A stretch of 64,000 nucleotides of DNA from Octopus bimaculoides (GCF_001194135.2 NC_068994.1:58977421-59041420), one strand, 5' to 3'. Shown: positions 10,376 through 23,676, counted from the stretch's first letter. A program made the numbers and translations. The notes: a model not told the origin generated them from the sequence alone.

Positions 10376-11811
10376 AAAAGCATATTAAGCCTATGCGCCC
10401 CACCCGCAACCTCATCTATCCCTGTCGAGCTTTCCCTGCATCTCACGTTCTGAGTAAATAAAGTTGGACTTGCAACCAAAAGGTCAGCGGTCCACATTCG
10501 GTTACTTAAAATGCATTATATTTATGGTCGAAACAACACCTAGCTCACAAATGCCGCAGTCCCCCTAATGGTAAATAAGCATCAGAACGAATAACTCGCC
10601 GTTGTAATCAGGTAACAAAAGGTGGAAGAGTTCATTCGGGGGCTACATGACCTAATCTCATAGGAGCAGGTACGAATAGGTGATGGTACAGTGACATTCA
10701 TGCCCTTTCCAAGAGCATTAGAGGTGTAAACTATGATTAAGTGAACAGAGAAGCAACGGTACGATTCCTACTCACCAAGGTCGTTATTATTATTTTTTTT
10801 TTTTAATAAACTGTAGGGGACAAGTTGGGGCCCCTATAGAATCAGAAATTATTAATGAACGAAAAACCCTAACTTCTTCAGATGAGTATGTTTGAAACAA
10901 CGATGGTAACACTACTGAGATTTGGGGGAGGGGTGAGCATTCTTTTGCCTGCTTCCCCTGTTTTTCTCTAAGTTTTCAGTTTTTGTTTTCTTTCTCCGAA
11001 AATTTTCCCAGAATTATGTTTTAAAGAATTACGTCTATTTCTGAAAAGAATTTGTCTCAAATGCTTAAAACATAACCTGAAAAAGATATTGAAATAAAAA
11101 TGAAAACAAGAAAGTTATGGGAAAACGAAGTACATACCATACACACACACACACATTATATATATATATATATATGAAACGTCTAGATAGAATAGAGACA
11201 GCTGATGAAGGGATATTCCAAGTGGCTTTCCGTTTTCCTATGTGTTCGTTCCGTTGTCTGTAGTTTATTGTTCTAACGTCCTGTACCCTGATATGCATGT
11301 ATATACACACATGTAGATGTAAGTATGTACATATATGTGTGTATACATGTATATATATTCTTTGTATTATATATATATATATATATATATTAGCGTGTGT
11401 GTTTGTAGAATTGTAATCTACGACGCTTGAAGTATATACTTCCGAAGAAATTAGGAGTTTTGACTCAATAGTTAATTTCCAATTCAATTCTTTTGACAGG
11501 GCAAAAAGTTCTGAAGGTGGAAGCAAGACCTAGAGTCGAAAAACCTAAAGGTTTTAGCAGGAAAAAGAATGAGAATAATATCCTCCCTGGACATGTGTAG
11601 ATGAAATGACTAAAGGGAATACATGTACCAAGAGAGAAGCAAGGTGGGCAGCAGATGGAAACCCATTAATACTCGGCCCTACAAGGATCTGTAAAGTTAA
11701 GGGTACAGCTCATTTCCTTACAATGAACCAATAATTAAACTGAAGGACGCTGTTGTTAATGTTAATGGCCAACAAGCTGACAATATCTGTTTAAATAATG
11801 AATGGACTTAC

Positions 11812-11906
11812 ATAGTCTTTATATGGCGCTTCGCATTTACAGTGCTTGAATAGATCTGCCGAACGGCCGTGTTCATATTAGCTCCAAACTTTGGGACTTT
11901 AGCCAT
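11812..11906 (-). CDS. NMNAT: Candidate first coding exon, probably of NMNAT: MAKVPKFGANMNTAVRQIYSSTVNAKRHIKT, presequence-like
   Basis: ATG in gcaATGg context, 31 open codons + 2 nt, ending at a |gtaagt donor. No acidic residues, six K/R. Same strand as and upstream of the NMNAT exons; linkage to NMNAT is inferred. Confidence 0.5.
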
Positions 11907-12337
11907 TGCAGAGCTGTCACTAACAATATACTTGTTTATTCGTACTTTCGTATTCAAACAAGTTTTTTTTTTCTTTTTTTTTTTGGTTTTCTTTTAAACT
12001 ATATTTTAAAGCAGATTTTTGTAATTAAATTTGCTTTAAAATGCATTTGTGAAAAGAATAAACTTTAAAAATTTTCGTTTGTAATATTCAGCTTAAAATG
12101 TAGTAAACTATTTACTTTTAATCTCTTTACCCGTTACAATCTTGTTAGTGTCAGTAATATTCCACTACGTTTTTTATTACAAATTAACTCAAACCATATC
12201 AATTAATCAGTATTTTCGACCATGAATGAAACTGTTGGGTTACGTTAAAGTAACTTGACTCGATATAATTATGTAGCGGGTTAGGGATACGAAACTATTT
12301 TTGCTCCGATCCAAAGCTATCGGTTACCGTGACAATT
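11907..12337. promoter_or_regulatory. Putative bidirectional promoter between the minus-strand first exon and FANCC
   Basis: About 430 bp between divergent ATGs; CpG visibly retained; CCGTTA (MYB-core-like) at 12131 and TTTGAA (CHR-like, minus strand) at 11953-11958. Confidence 0.55.
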
Positions 12338-14230
12338 ATGGCGGACATCAGTTCTTCTTTGAAGTCAGCGACGTCGATTGATACAAGCCTGGAAAACAAG
12401 ATAACTACATTATTGAATCGATTAAATTTCACTTACGACGAGAGTATACCGAACCCAGATAATAATTTATTTAAAAGATTTCCAGAAATTATAGGAATAC
12501 TTCAACAATTAAAGCAGTATTTATCAGAGAAGTCTAATTATAGTTCGTTATTCCCGGACGACATGAAAACTATTTATCGATTGTTAGACTGTTTGACTCA
12601 GGTAAATAGTTTAACGTTACATTCAGACATCAATCGACTTATAATTGAGTGTATTTTAAATACGTATGACTTTGGTCATTTCCTACCTACAGGAATACGA
12701 ACCAATCCGTGGGTCATCTCAAAACTTCGAAACTGTTTCATGTATGTCGATGCCGAAGGAAAATATATTCATGATCAACTTGGCTTGCATACCGAATTAA
12801 TATGTGACAAGGCCATATCAGTGTTAAGACAGTATATTATGGACCTTAAGATAAGCACTGATACTGTTAATGGTACACCTCTCCCCAGTGGCATCGTCAT
12901 GTCTTCAGACAGTCTTTCTGATGTTTGTTCAGTTTTGGTTTATCTCTTGCACAATTCGCAGCAACCACGCCTTCAGACTTTGGTTGATGCATTCATGGAC
13001 TATCTTTCAACACAGCCTTGTTCGGGTGTCGTTTTAGACTTTTACCAAAGCTTGGATAGTTTAGAATCGTGTATATATACGGGTAGTCTCGTATCTGCTA
13101 ATCCGCCTTCTTCCTGGTACCTAAGCTTCTACAGTCGATATAGATTATGGATCAGTCATATGCCTAGTTTGGAACGAGAAATCTTGTTGTTGATCCGCGC
13201 AAGCTTGGATTGGTGTCACTGTAGAAAACGCATGGAGAGAATAATGAATTCCAGATCGCTTCCCAAAGCCTGTGCGGAGGATACACAGTTATTTTTGGAA
13301 ACTTCGAGTGTATTCCACTCTGTCGTTAAGAATATGATTGCTGTGGACGAGGAAGACATTACAGCGAGAAAACATTGCGGTGGTGGGGCCAGCATTTTCA
13401 ATGTATTGTCTGTTTTCTATGAATGCATTCATCGACACACAACAGAATACAGCTCTAGAGAAGATTCAATATCACTTTATTGCTTGTACCCGTCATTTCT
13501 TCATGAAATACTTAAACAGTATATTTTGATTCCTTACCAGGACATATCAGAATGTGTTCAAAGTATGAAGTCTTTCTTCCAGCAAACAGAAATCTGGAAG
13601 TATGCTGGATTCGATCTTGTTCACGTTTGGTTTCAGACACAGCACTTCCGTTTGAAATTTATAGCGTATCTATTGAAACATAGTTTCACTGTACCAGAAG
13701 CTAACCTAGAAGCTTGGTTAATCGCTTTGCTGTGGTTCTACAGAGCTGACCTTAGTTCATCGCACTGTGAAGACACAAAGAATATCCTCCATGGGTTTAT
13801 TAAAGAAATTAGGCTAATATTCCATCAGTGCAGCCCCACGTGGGATCAAGTGAAGCGCATCTTACCAGTAACTGTTAATCTTCATCCTGAGTTCAAATCA
13901 GTCATTGATAGTCTGTTGTTGACCTTTGTGCTTTACAGCAAAGTCGACCTCAGTTTTGTAGACAGTGTTCTGCAATTCATTATAGACAACAAGGGAGATC
14001 ATTCCATCCATTCACACCTGGTTCTTCTCTTATCAGCTGAAATCTTGTTACAGTTTGAACCCAGCCATAGTTCATTAGCCATTCGAAGTAGATATGTAAG
14101 TCTGGTCAAACCCTATCAATCCAAGTTGAAAGATGACCAGCAGGATAACTTTCATTACAGCAATTATTTGACCACAGAAGCTCAACAGATTTGGGTTGGA
14201 TGTGAAGATGTCATCAAAGATTATTCATGA
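12338..14230 (+). CDS. FANCC: Fanconi anemia group C protein homolog, single coding exon, 630 aa from ATG 12338
   Basis: Uninterrupted ORF with colinear matches to human FANCC as recalled: KRFPEIIGIL~ERFPTIGQLL; LWISHMPSLEREILLL~LWLRHLPSLEKAMLHL; KRMERIMNSRSLPKAC~RRIECFIKDSSLPQAA; PYQDI~DPQDI; WFQTQHF~WFLFIHF; IALLWFY~LWLLAFYY; LLLTFVLY~LLLNFLLW. Track start (GTG 12329) reassigned to attATGg. Confidence 0.82.
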   Translation: MADISSSLKSATSIDTSLENKITTLLNRLNFTYDESIPNPDNNLFKRFPEIIGILQQLKQYLSEKSNYSSLFPDDMKTIYRLLDCLTQVNSLTLHSDINRLIIECILNTYDFGHFLPTGIRTNPWVISKLRNCFMYVDAEGKYIHDQLGLHTELICDKAISVLRQYIMDLKISTDTVNGTPLPSGIVMSSDSLSDVCSVLVYLLHNSQQPRLQTLVDAFMDYLSTQPCSGVVLDFYQSLDSLESCIYTGSLVSANPPSSWYLSFYSRYRLWISHMPSLEREILLLIRASLDWCHCRKRMERIMNSRSLPKACAEDTQLFLETSSVFHSVVKNMIAVDEEDITARKHCGGGASIFNVLSVFYECIHRHTTEYSSREDSISLYCLYPSFLHEILKQYILIPYQDISECVQSMKSFFQQTEIWKYAGFDLVHVWFQTQHFRLKFIAYLLKHSFTVPEANLEAWLIALLWFYRADLSSSHCEDTKNILHGFIKEIRLIFHQCSPTWDQVKRILPVTVNLHPEFKSVIDSLLLTFVLYSKVDLSFVDSVLQFIIDNKGDHSIHSHLVLLLSAEILLQFEPSHSSLAIRSRYVSLVKPYQSKLKDDQQDNFHYSNYLTTEAQQIWVGCEDVIKDYS

Positions 14231-17200
14231 ACTTTGGTCCTAACTTTCTTACACACACATGTATGTGTGTAATGTCCTTGCAGTTAGCTGGACTGGTCAT
14301 GTAGAATATAGTGTTCTGTCCAGAAACACCACAAATCAACAACCAGTGTCCATTATATTTCCCAGAGCCTCCAAGGCTGGTGGAACAAAGTAACCCTCAA
14401 ACTAGGCACTTGGACTGAATACTCTTCACAGAGTAGTCCCTGCTAAAGGTTCCCAATGGCCAGGTGGTGGGGTTGTGCAGCTAGGTGATGTATTCAGTTT
14501 ATCACTCAATAACGAGAATACTCCTTTCAACAGGCTTCCACACAGTTTCCATTTATAAATCCCTCTCACAAGGTATTTGTCAGTTCAAGGCTACGTTTGA
14601 AAACATTTTCCCAAGATGCCATGCAATGGAATTGATCCTGAGACTACGTAATCACAAAGCGATCTTCTTAATCACACAGCCATGCTTGTAGCCACTGACA
14701 TAAATGAGAGACGAAAATCCTAAATATGTTTTTAATTTCTAATCCAGATCTGATTCCTGTTGAAAAGCTTTAAACAGGTGGAACCTTAAATAAAACTGTT
14801 TTATGTAATAATTCTTTATTTCAATTGTTTATAATTCTTCATTGGTTTCAGCTCTTACAAACACAGAGTAGTGAGAACTCCTTTATCTTGCATGGGACAA
14901 AGCAGCCCCACTACAGCTGGTGCCTGCATAAACTCAACCAGGAGACTGTACAATCGCCAGTGAGTAAGAGAAAGGGTCAACAAGACACTTTACTCGGATA
15001 TCACCATCTTTCTAGTGATACAATAAAATGTACCCAGTAGACACACTGTAAAGTGTGAGATTGAGAGGACATGACGGTCTCTCTTTTGTTGGTGTCATGA
15101 TAAGATGTACTCAGTGCACTTTGCAGGGTAGTTGGTGTTAGGAAGGGCATCTAGCTATAAAAAGCAAACCAAAATGAAACACAAGATGTGGACCTTTAAA
15201 GAAAGATAACAAATCACTTTGGGTTTGGCATGTCTTCTCTTTTATCTTTTACATGTCTCAGTCATTAGACTGGCCATGCTGGGGCACCACCATGAAAAAT
15301 TTTAGTTTGACAACTCAATCCCAGCACTTATTCTATCAGTCTCTCATGTTGAACTGCTAAGTTTCAGGGATGTAAACGACCTAACACCTGTTGTCAAGCA
15401 GTGGTGGGGGTCAATCACAGACACACACACACAATGCATATATAAAAGAAGCTGACAGAGTGGACTCTTAAGAGGCCACAAAACAAATGGATGTTTGTTG
15501 TGTGTGTATAATAGCAACAGCACTGCCCTAGACTGCAGTAGACACCTGTAATGTTGGTCAGCAAACTAAAACGAAAGGGATTTGTGACGGTGAAAGAGGG
15601 GGGGCTGGCACAATGCATAAATAATAAAACAAAATTATTTGATGAAATAAAATACAAAACAACTTTATTGCTGTAGATTTTTTTTAAATATATTTTATTA
15701 ACAGAACTCTGAACTGATAACAGGTAGCAAAACAGTCTTAAATACATCTTTCTAGAATATTCTGGGTGAACAACATAATAATAATAATAATCAATGGTAA
15801 TAGAAGTAATAATATAATTATAATAATAATAACAATAGTAATCATGATCATAATGGTAATGTATTCTTACGCATGAAGCAGGTGAGTTTTTTTATTTTTC
15901 AAAGGGAGGGAAGGCGGGAGTTGTGGCATTCATACCTTTCCCAATGGTATTAGTAACATTTAGTGAAGTGAAGAAGATCCAGTCAGGAATTGAAAGCAAC
16001 TAACATAGGTCTAGCTTTACTACACTATGTTACCTGCAACAACAATAACAACAATAGTTTTCTTATAATAATAATAATAATAATCGTAAACAATGACATA
16101 TAGAGGTTGGAGGCCTGGGACTTTTAGTTTTGTTTTATATGAATATATTTTTTAAAGGGTGTTGGGGATGAGTGTAAGAGATTGTGAAGTAGATGCCTTT
16201 CTCAAGGAAGTGATGATGAGAAGGTTTTCAAATGTGTTTGGGAATATAACTGAGAACAAACTGTCACATCACAGCACACACTTTAAACAACAACAATAAT
16301 AATAATAATCGTGGTGATTTCTTGGTGACGGCCATTCATTAATTGCTTCCTTCTCCCAGTTCAAGACTGGTTTCTTAATTTTATATACTGTGGGCAGGAT
16401 TTGAACTCAGAATGTGCAAGTGTGAGTCTAAATACTATAAAACATTTAGTTTGATGCTCTACTGATTCTGTCACTGCCCTAGCAGTAGGAATAATAACAA
16501 TGATGATGATGGTGATGATGTCTAGCTTTGGCACAAAGGCCAAGGTGTTGCAGAGGACACTGTTCCATAAAGTGACCACAATGTATAACTGGTACTTATT
16601 CTACTGGTTCCAGGAACACAGAATGAAATTAAAGCATTCAGCCACATTGAAGTGAAGGAGGAAGAAGTACAACCCGGACCTCGAAATATGACTGGTATCT
16701 ATTTTGATAGACGTAAAGGTAATAAGCCAAGTTGCCTTCAGCAGGATTTAAATTTTGAACAAAGAAACATAACAGTAATGTGAACCCGTCTCCCTTCTGA
16801 CCATCTTTGACTGCTCTGTGTGTTGTCAGGTCTCTGGACTAAGGGAAACATTTTTGTTTCCTCTCTCACCAGAGTCCCAGAAGAGCAATGAATTGAACCT
16901 GTAACAATAACATATCCAATCTAGTCCTCTGTTCATTGTTTATATACCCCACCTCACACACACTGTGACTTATCAATAATAATAATAACGATAATTGTTA
17001 CTTCTAACAAGGTTAGAAATTCAGGGTGGAGGATAATCAGTTATATCAACCCCAACATCTCCCGGTTCCTTATTTTATCAACCCAAGAGGGAAGAAGACA
17101 AGCAAAGTTCATCTTTGCAGGATTTGAATTCTGAATGTCAAGGGCTTCAGGTAAATCCTGCAAAACATTTTGTCCAAAGACACCAACGATTCTATCTTTC

Positions 17201-17357
17201 CATAAGGACAGCAATTTTTGGAAAGAGAAGCTTAGTTGATGAAATTGACCTCAGTATGTGACTGGTATCTGATTTTATTGATCCTGGAAGGACAAAAAGC
17301 AAAGTTGACTGGGGTGAGATTTCAACACTGAATGGCAAGAACTGGAACAAATATGCA

Positions 17358-17756
17358 AGATGCGTTGACTGTGGTAAGAAGTTTGCTTCCTAACCACATG
17401 GTTCCAGGTTCAGACCCAATTTATAGCACCTTGGACAAGTGTCTTATACTATAACCTTGGGCCAACCAAAGCCTTGTGAGTGGATTTGGTAGATGGAAAC
17501 TAAAAGAAGCTCGTCGTATATATATATATATTATGTGTGTGTTTTTATGTCTGTAATTGTCCCCCCCCCCACTATCACTTGACAATCAATGTTGGTGTTT
17601 ATGACCCCCATAACTTAGCGGTTCAGCAAAATAGACTGACAGAATAAGTACCAGGCTTGAAAAAAAAAAAATAGTACTAGGGCTGATTCGTTAGACTAAA
17701 ATTCAAGGCAGCACTCCAGCATGGCCACAGTCTAATGACTGAAACAAACAAAATAA
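17358..17756 (+). mobile_element. tRNA-derived SINE family A, full copy
   Basis: A/B-box-like head (gtggtaagaag..ggttcagaccc), CORE-like accttggacaagt, internal (TA)/(TG), A-rich tail. Partial copies at about 14515, 15235, 44850, 61015 and 62985. Confidence 0.85.
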
Positions 17757-17786
17757 ATGCTTTTAGCATTCTGTCAATCCTCCAAC

Positions 17787-17819
<33 letters not shown>

Positions 17820-18340
17820 TCCTTAGGTTGGCCCTGGCTCCCAAAGGTATTCTATAAAGGGAACAGTTTAATCAATACGGACTATTATATTGCTTGGTAT
17901 TACAAGTTAGATCGATTTCATTTGTTTCCAACTCGTCAATCTGATGACATTTCATTAATATTCATGATTTCTAACGAGCACACATTGAAAAGGGAGAAAC
18001 ATTCTGGGGTCAGACCATTTCCGTAAGGATGATTTTAAACACTGCCCTGCCTCACATTTTTACTTATGTGACATCTATGCCTCTTCCAGACCCCAATAAC
18101 ACTCAAAAGTAGCTGCAATGCAGGTGGGGAAAGAAACCTTAGCTAGAAAGGGACCACAAGATTGTGGCCCTTTTACATTGTTTAACATTGCAATGAACCA
18201 TTATGATGATGAGGGGAAAAAATACAATAAATAAGAGTGAAGTGGGAGCGAGTATTCAAACTGCCTTATAATCCAGTGAAACACGCAAATATGTAGTGTA
18301 ATTATCACCATCATATATATATATATAATTATATATATAT

Positions 18341-18427
18341 ATGACATGCTATAGATTTATTTTCTCAAATGTGTGCTCAAATTCTCTCTACATTTAAGTT
18401 TAATCCAGCATTTAAAATTGTATGTGA

Positions 18428-18462
<35 letters not shown>

Positions 18463-18652
18463 TATATACAAACAGGTATATACATATATACACACACACA
18501 TATATATAAATATATGTGTGTGTGTGTATATATATATATATGTATATATATATCTACATACATAAATATATATATATGACATGCTATAGATTTATTTTCT
18601 CTCAAATTCTCTCTACATTTAAGTTTAATCCAGCATTTAAAATTGTATGTGA

Positions 18653-18687
<35 letters not shown>

Positions 18688-18795
18688 TATATACAAACAG
18701 GTATATACATATATACACACACACATATATATAAATATATGTGTGTGTGTGTATATATATATATATGTATATATATATCTACATACATAAATATA
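18341..18795. repeat. Tandem duplication, unit ~235 bp
   Basis: Copies start at 18341 and 18576 and are nearly identical except for a ~10-bp indel. Confidence 0.9.
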
Positions 18796-19804
18796 TCATA
18801 TATACATACATACATACACATATAGTTCATGTGTATTTGAATAAGCAACTAAATCGTTAAATATAAACTTTGGCTTTGTGTTTGTCCTGACATGAATCTG
18901 ACCCTTAGTGAACTCAGCCTTGCCAAAATTATTACACACACACACACACACAACACTAGATTCTCATTTTCCCCAGAAATGGAAGAGAAAATTTGCTTTT
19001 TATAGGTAAAAACCAGACATTAACTGTTCATTTGTGTATGTATGTACACATGCACACATATGCGCAAGTATATGTGTATATGTGTGTGTGTATTTTATTG
19101 AAAATTATAACTGATCTAGTTTAATTTGTTGGTTTTCAAGAAAACCTCAACAAAAAAGAAAACTAGAACAGACGTGTTTTAATACATTAAAAAAAAAAGA
19201 TGATCCCAATAAACACACACGTGTGTGCATGTATATACACAAATATATGTATATATAAACAGATATATACATTTGTTTTTATATAACATCCACATGCACC
19301 ATATTATATATTCAACACCAATATTTCAGTAACATTGTTATAAAGATTTCTTTTACATCTTGAGAGAATTTCTTTTTCTGAAGAAAAAATATAAAGGAAA
19401 AAGGATTAACATTTTTGTATTGTTTCTCTCCCCAATTTTTTTGAGAAAACAAATTTAAATTAATATAAATTGGGTTTGAGAGATTTATTTCCAAAAAATT
19501 TAAAGAAAATATAATTTTTTTAAAGTCTTAAAAAAAAAAAATTAACAAAATAAAAAATTACATTTTCATTGTTTTTTTAATTTTTTCTCTCTTTGGCTGG
19601 GACCCTTATCCACTCCTTCCTCAAATTTATGAAATCTTAGCTCTACAATAACAACAACAACAGCTGAGTGTGTTTAAAAATGCAGTACAATAACAACAAC
19701 AACAACAACAGGGAAATGGTTTAAAAAAAAAGAAATTATTAAAAATTGAAAAAACAAATACTCTTTTCTGAACCATAAAAGGTCTCTAAGGGTTTTGATG
19801 ACTG

Positions 19805-19845
<41 letters not shown>

Positions 19846-22298
19846 TGTACCTGCACACAGACACACTCACTCTCTCTCTCATACACACACACACAAACAC
19901 AGAGGTCTACAAGCCAAAGTAGGTGATGTCAATTGCTGTTTGACCCCAGGCAAGCCTTTTCAGAGCAGACCTATGATCAAAAATGTTCCACTCCTGACCA
20001 TCCTGTTTTACACATAACTGATGTAAGACCACATTATCCAGCGTGTTCAATTTTACAACTATGGTAGGGTTTGAGGGAGATTTGGCTGCTATTTCATGTA
20101 CAAAGGCTTACCTTGCAGACCTTTGTCACCCTCTGTGCCAGTAAACTGGAGGGAGAGGAAATGATAGCTCCACCCCAAATGGAGGGAGAAACTGAGAAAT
20201 AGCCCCACCCCCAACTAGAGGGAGTGGCATGAAAGATAACCCCATCCCCAATGGGAGGGAGAAAGTGAGAGAGAGAGAGACCCCTTTCCAAATGGAGGCA
20301 GCTCTCCTCATGACTGGTTAAGATTCAGAGACAATTTGGTACCCTTTCTACTGAAATAAGATGGAATTTACAAGGTCTCACCCTCAAGATGGTAAAAAGC
20401 AGAGTGCTTTTAGCAGGGGACAAACACAGACCCCAGGAGTAAGTGGTCACAATAACACAGCTATGCCACTTCTACACACAAACCTAAGAACATTAGGTTT
20501 TACAAAATGGGAAAAGAGAACTCAATACATGAAGCAGAGTATATGTAAGTTTTTAAACTGAGAAAACTAGAGAAGTTGGTCAGAACATACTGTTTCATAG
20601 CAAAACACTTACCAAAGGTATGAAACTGTAAGTCCTTAAGTAACTCCTATGGTGTTCTCAGCTAATAATAAATGTGTGTGCATACATACAAACATACAGT
20701 TGTATACACATACACACACACACACACAGATACACGTAGTAATATATATGTGTATGCATATAAACTTTTTCTTCTTTTTGTCAGAAATAAATTAACATAT
20801 TTTAACAAGAAATGCATCATGTGACTCTAAATGAAGCAGGTAATACATATCATGTGACTTTGATAACAAGTAGAAGTGGGAGGGGGGGAATACAACAAGT
20901 AAAAGGAGGAGGGTGAGAAACAATATTTCATAAACTTTATCACTGAAAGCAAACAGATAATTATTTTTAGTTATTTTTATAAATATCTTTAAATATTACA
21001 TTTGTAACTGTTTAATAATTTGTTTAGATTAGGCTCAGGGCCCTTTTAAAAAAAATATATATAAGAAAGGGGCATGTCTAGATGATTGAATCAACTAACA
21101 GTACATTAGTGGTACTGGTTATATGAAACCTGTCAAATGTCCACACCCTTGGAAAGGTAAAAAGTCGACTGTAACAAGGGTTGAACTCTGGTGCTGGCCA
21201 GAGGAGATTAAATACTGAAGATCGTTTAGTAGTCCAATACTTCATCAGATCAAGAGACTTTCTAGAAATAGCTGTTGTTTGACCAAAGATATTCATCAAT
21301 AATTGATCAGTCCTATTGATTTTTAAAAGACATGATGATGGAAGATTTTACAAAGTTATTGTCTGAGGACATTAGTGGTAGGTAAGTAAATTGAATTTAA
21401 CTTAAAGTTGGCAATGGAAACAGCAAAACATTCATATCTTTAAGTCAACTGACCTCATTTGTATAGAGATTTAAATTGTCGGAAGATTTTAAACAAAAGG
21501 AAGTCAACGATAACAGAACAATCGATTCACAGACAAAAAATATTAACAGAATTTTATAATTATGATTCCTTGGACAGATCTCTTCAGTAAAGTCAGAAAC
21601 CCCCTTCAGATTGAAACTTCATAAATAACTACTGTTTATGCACTAGATGGAAAAAGAGGCAACATCACCCCTGGATAACATGCTAAACTATTTACTGCAG
21701 ATAAAAACATTCTTTCTGCAACAGCAAAAGGTAATTGGATGTAAATGTAGGATTATGATTTCCAACAGGCCTCCAATAAATACCTTCAGTGCCATTTAAA
21801 CGTAACAAGTTTCTTCCCTCAATACGACTGAAGCATAGTTTCTAATGAGCATTAAGCAGTTGACATTCAGGAGGAAAATGTACTTGTCCTTGAATAAATA
21901 TTATCATCCAATGCAGGGGAGTTTATTCTGATAAACAGCTGTGCTTAGGGAAGACTGTCCTGTCTCCCACAGACAAAACTTAATATTTTCTATCAGTCAA
22001 TTTGACTGCAACATGTATAGGTTCCTTTCAACAACAATAACAAGGAGATGAAGAATTAACGGAAATCAGACAAATATGGCCAAAATAAAATAACACAAAA
22101 GGAAAATGAAACTTTCGTATTTGTAGAGTTTCTTGAACATGTGTTTAATATTCATTTTAACAAAGCACAAGGCCATTAATATTATTATTATTATTGTGTG
22201 TACGTGTGTGTGTGTGAATTTTGACACATGCATGTTAATTATCTTTTTAGTCACTTCATTGAAATCATGGTCAATCAATAAATTTTCCCTCTCTATTA

Positions 22299-22329
<31 letters not shown>

Positions 22330-22479
22330 AATATTTTCTCTATATTTTATATGAGTTTGGCAGGGTGATAAAATTTTGTAATAAACATTTAAACATCATA
22401 ACCATAATAATTTAACAACAACAACATAAATGTTTCTTTTTCAATAATACACAATCTCTGAGCGACCTCTATGCAATTT

Positions 22480-22493
22480 ATATTTATGTGTGC

Positions 22494-22556
<63 letters not shown>

Positions 22557-23617
22557 TGCATACACACACACACACACACACACACACCAGTTTTTAATTT
22601 CTCAATCCCTGCATTTTCTCTTGCTGCAATGTTTCCTTAACGAAAACATTAATACATTAGAAAACTATTTAATTCATATTCCGTAAATAAATAACCAAAC
22701 CTTGGAATATGATACAAATTCATGTGGGTATTGATTTAATATTATTAATTAAGATTCAGTCAATTAAAATAATTAGCAAGGAGCCAGTTTTTGACTAGGG
22801 TTATCAACACTTAATACAAATATGAATGGTAACAATATGACAATTCATATATATGTGTGTGTGTATGTATGTGTGTGTGTATATATATATTTATTTATTT
22901 ATTTGAATGTATATTTATAGAGGTGCTTTCCCAAGAATCAGAAGCCATTACAGTCTTTGAAAACAATCTGATTCTCTTTAGCCTGTTTATCTCACACAAA
23001 AATTCTGTTTCTCGGCCATACCATATTTTGTTGATATAGCATCAGACAATATACTCAGATATTCCGTTTCCGTTTTTCTTCTTTTAATTATAATAATAGT
23101 AATAATAACAATAATAATAATTTCTTTCTTAAAACTCTTTGCTTTCGTATTGGCACAACGTCAGAAATGACATCACATTTTGTGTCTTATTGTGTTTTTA
23201 TCAAATCCTGGAATGATGAAAGGCCAAGTCAAAATGTTTAGAGAAAAGAAAAAAAAAATTAATATACAAACACACACATAGATGTGTGTGTGTTTGTGTA
23301 TGAATATATATATATATATATATACATATATGTATGTATGTATATATATGTATATATACATACAAGTGCATATGTGTGTGTATATATATATATATACTTA
23401 AATATATGTATGTATGTACACGTGTGTGTGTATATATGTACATGTATTTATGTGTATTTTTGTGTATACATATGTATATGTGTATTATAGGTGCATATAT
23501 GTATATACGCGTGTATATGTACTTATATACATATTAAATATAAATATGTATATTAAATATACAAATATATATATATATATATATATATAAAATCTATATA
23601 CTTGTATGCATATGTAA

Positions 23618-23676
<59 letters not shown>

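Noticed and set aside
11065-11526. 153-aa minus-strand ORF MLPPSELFALSKE..
   Set aside because: TTG start, runs into microsatellite, no recognisable homology or splice support.
21060-21960. Higher-complexity island with micro-exon-like AG/GT pairs (21701-21730)
   Set aside because: Frames are repeatedly interrupted, the implied intron is only ~38 nt and no family was recognised; probably an old element. Needs a translated search.
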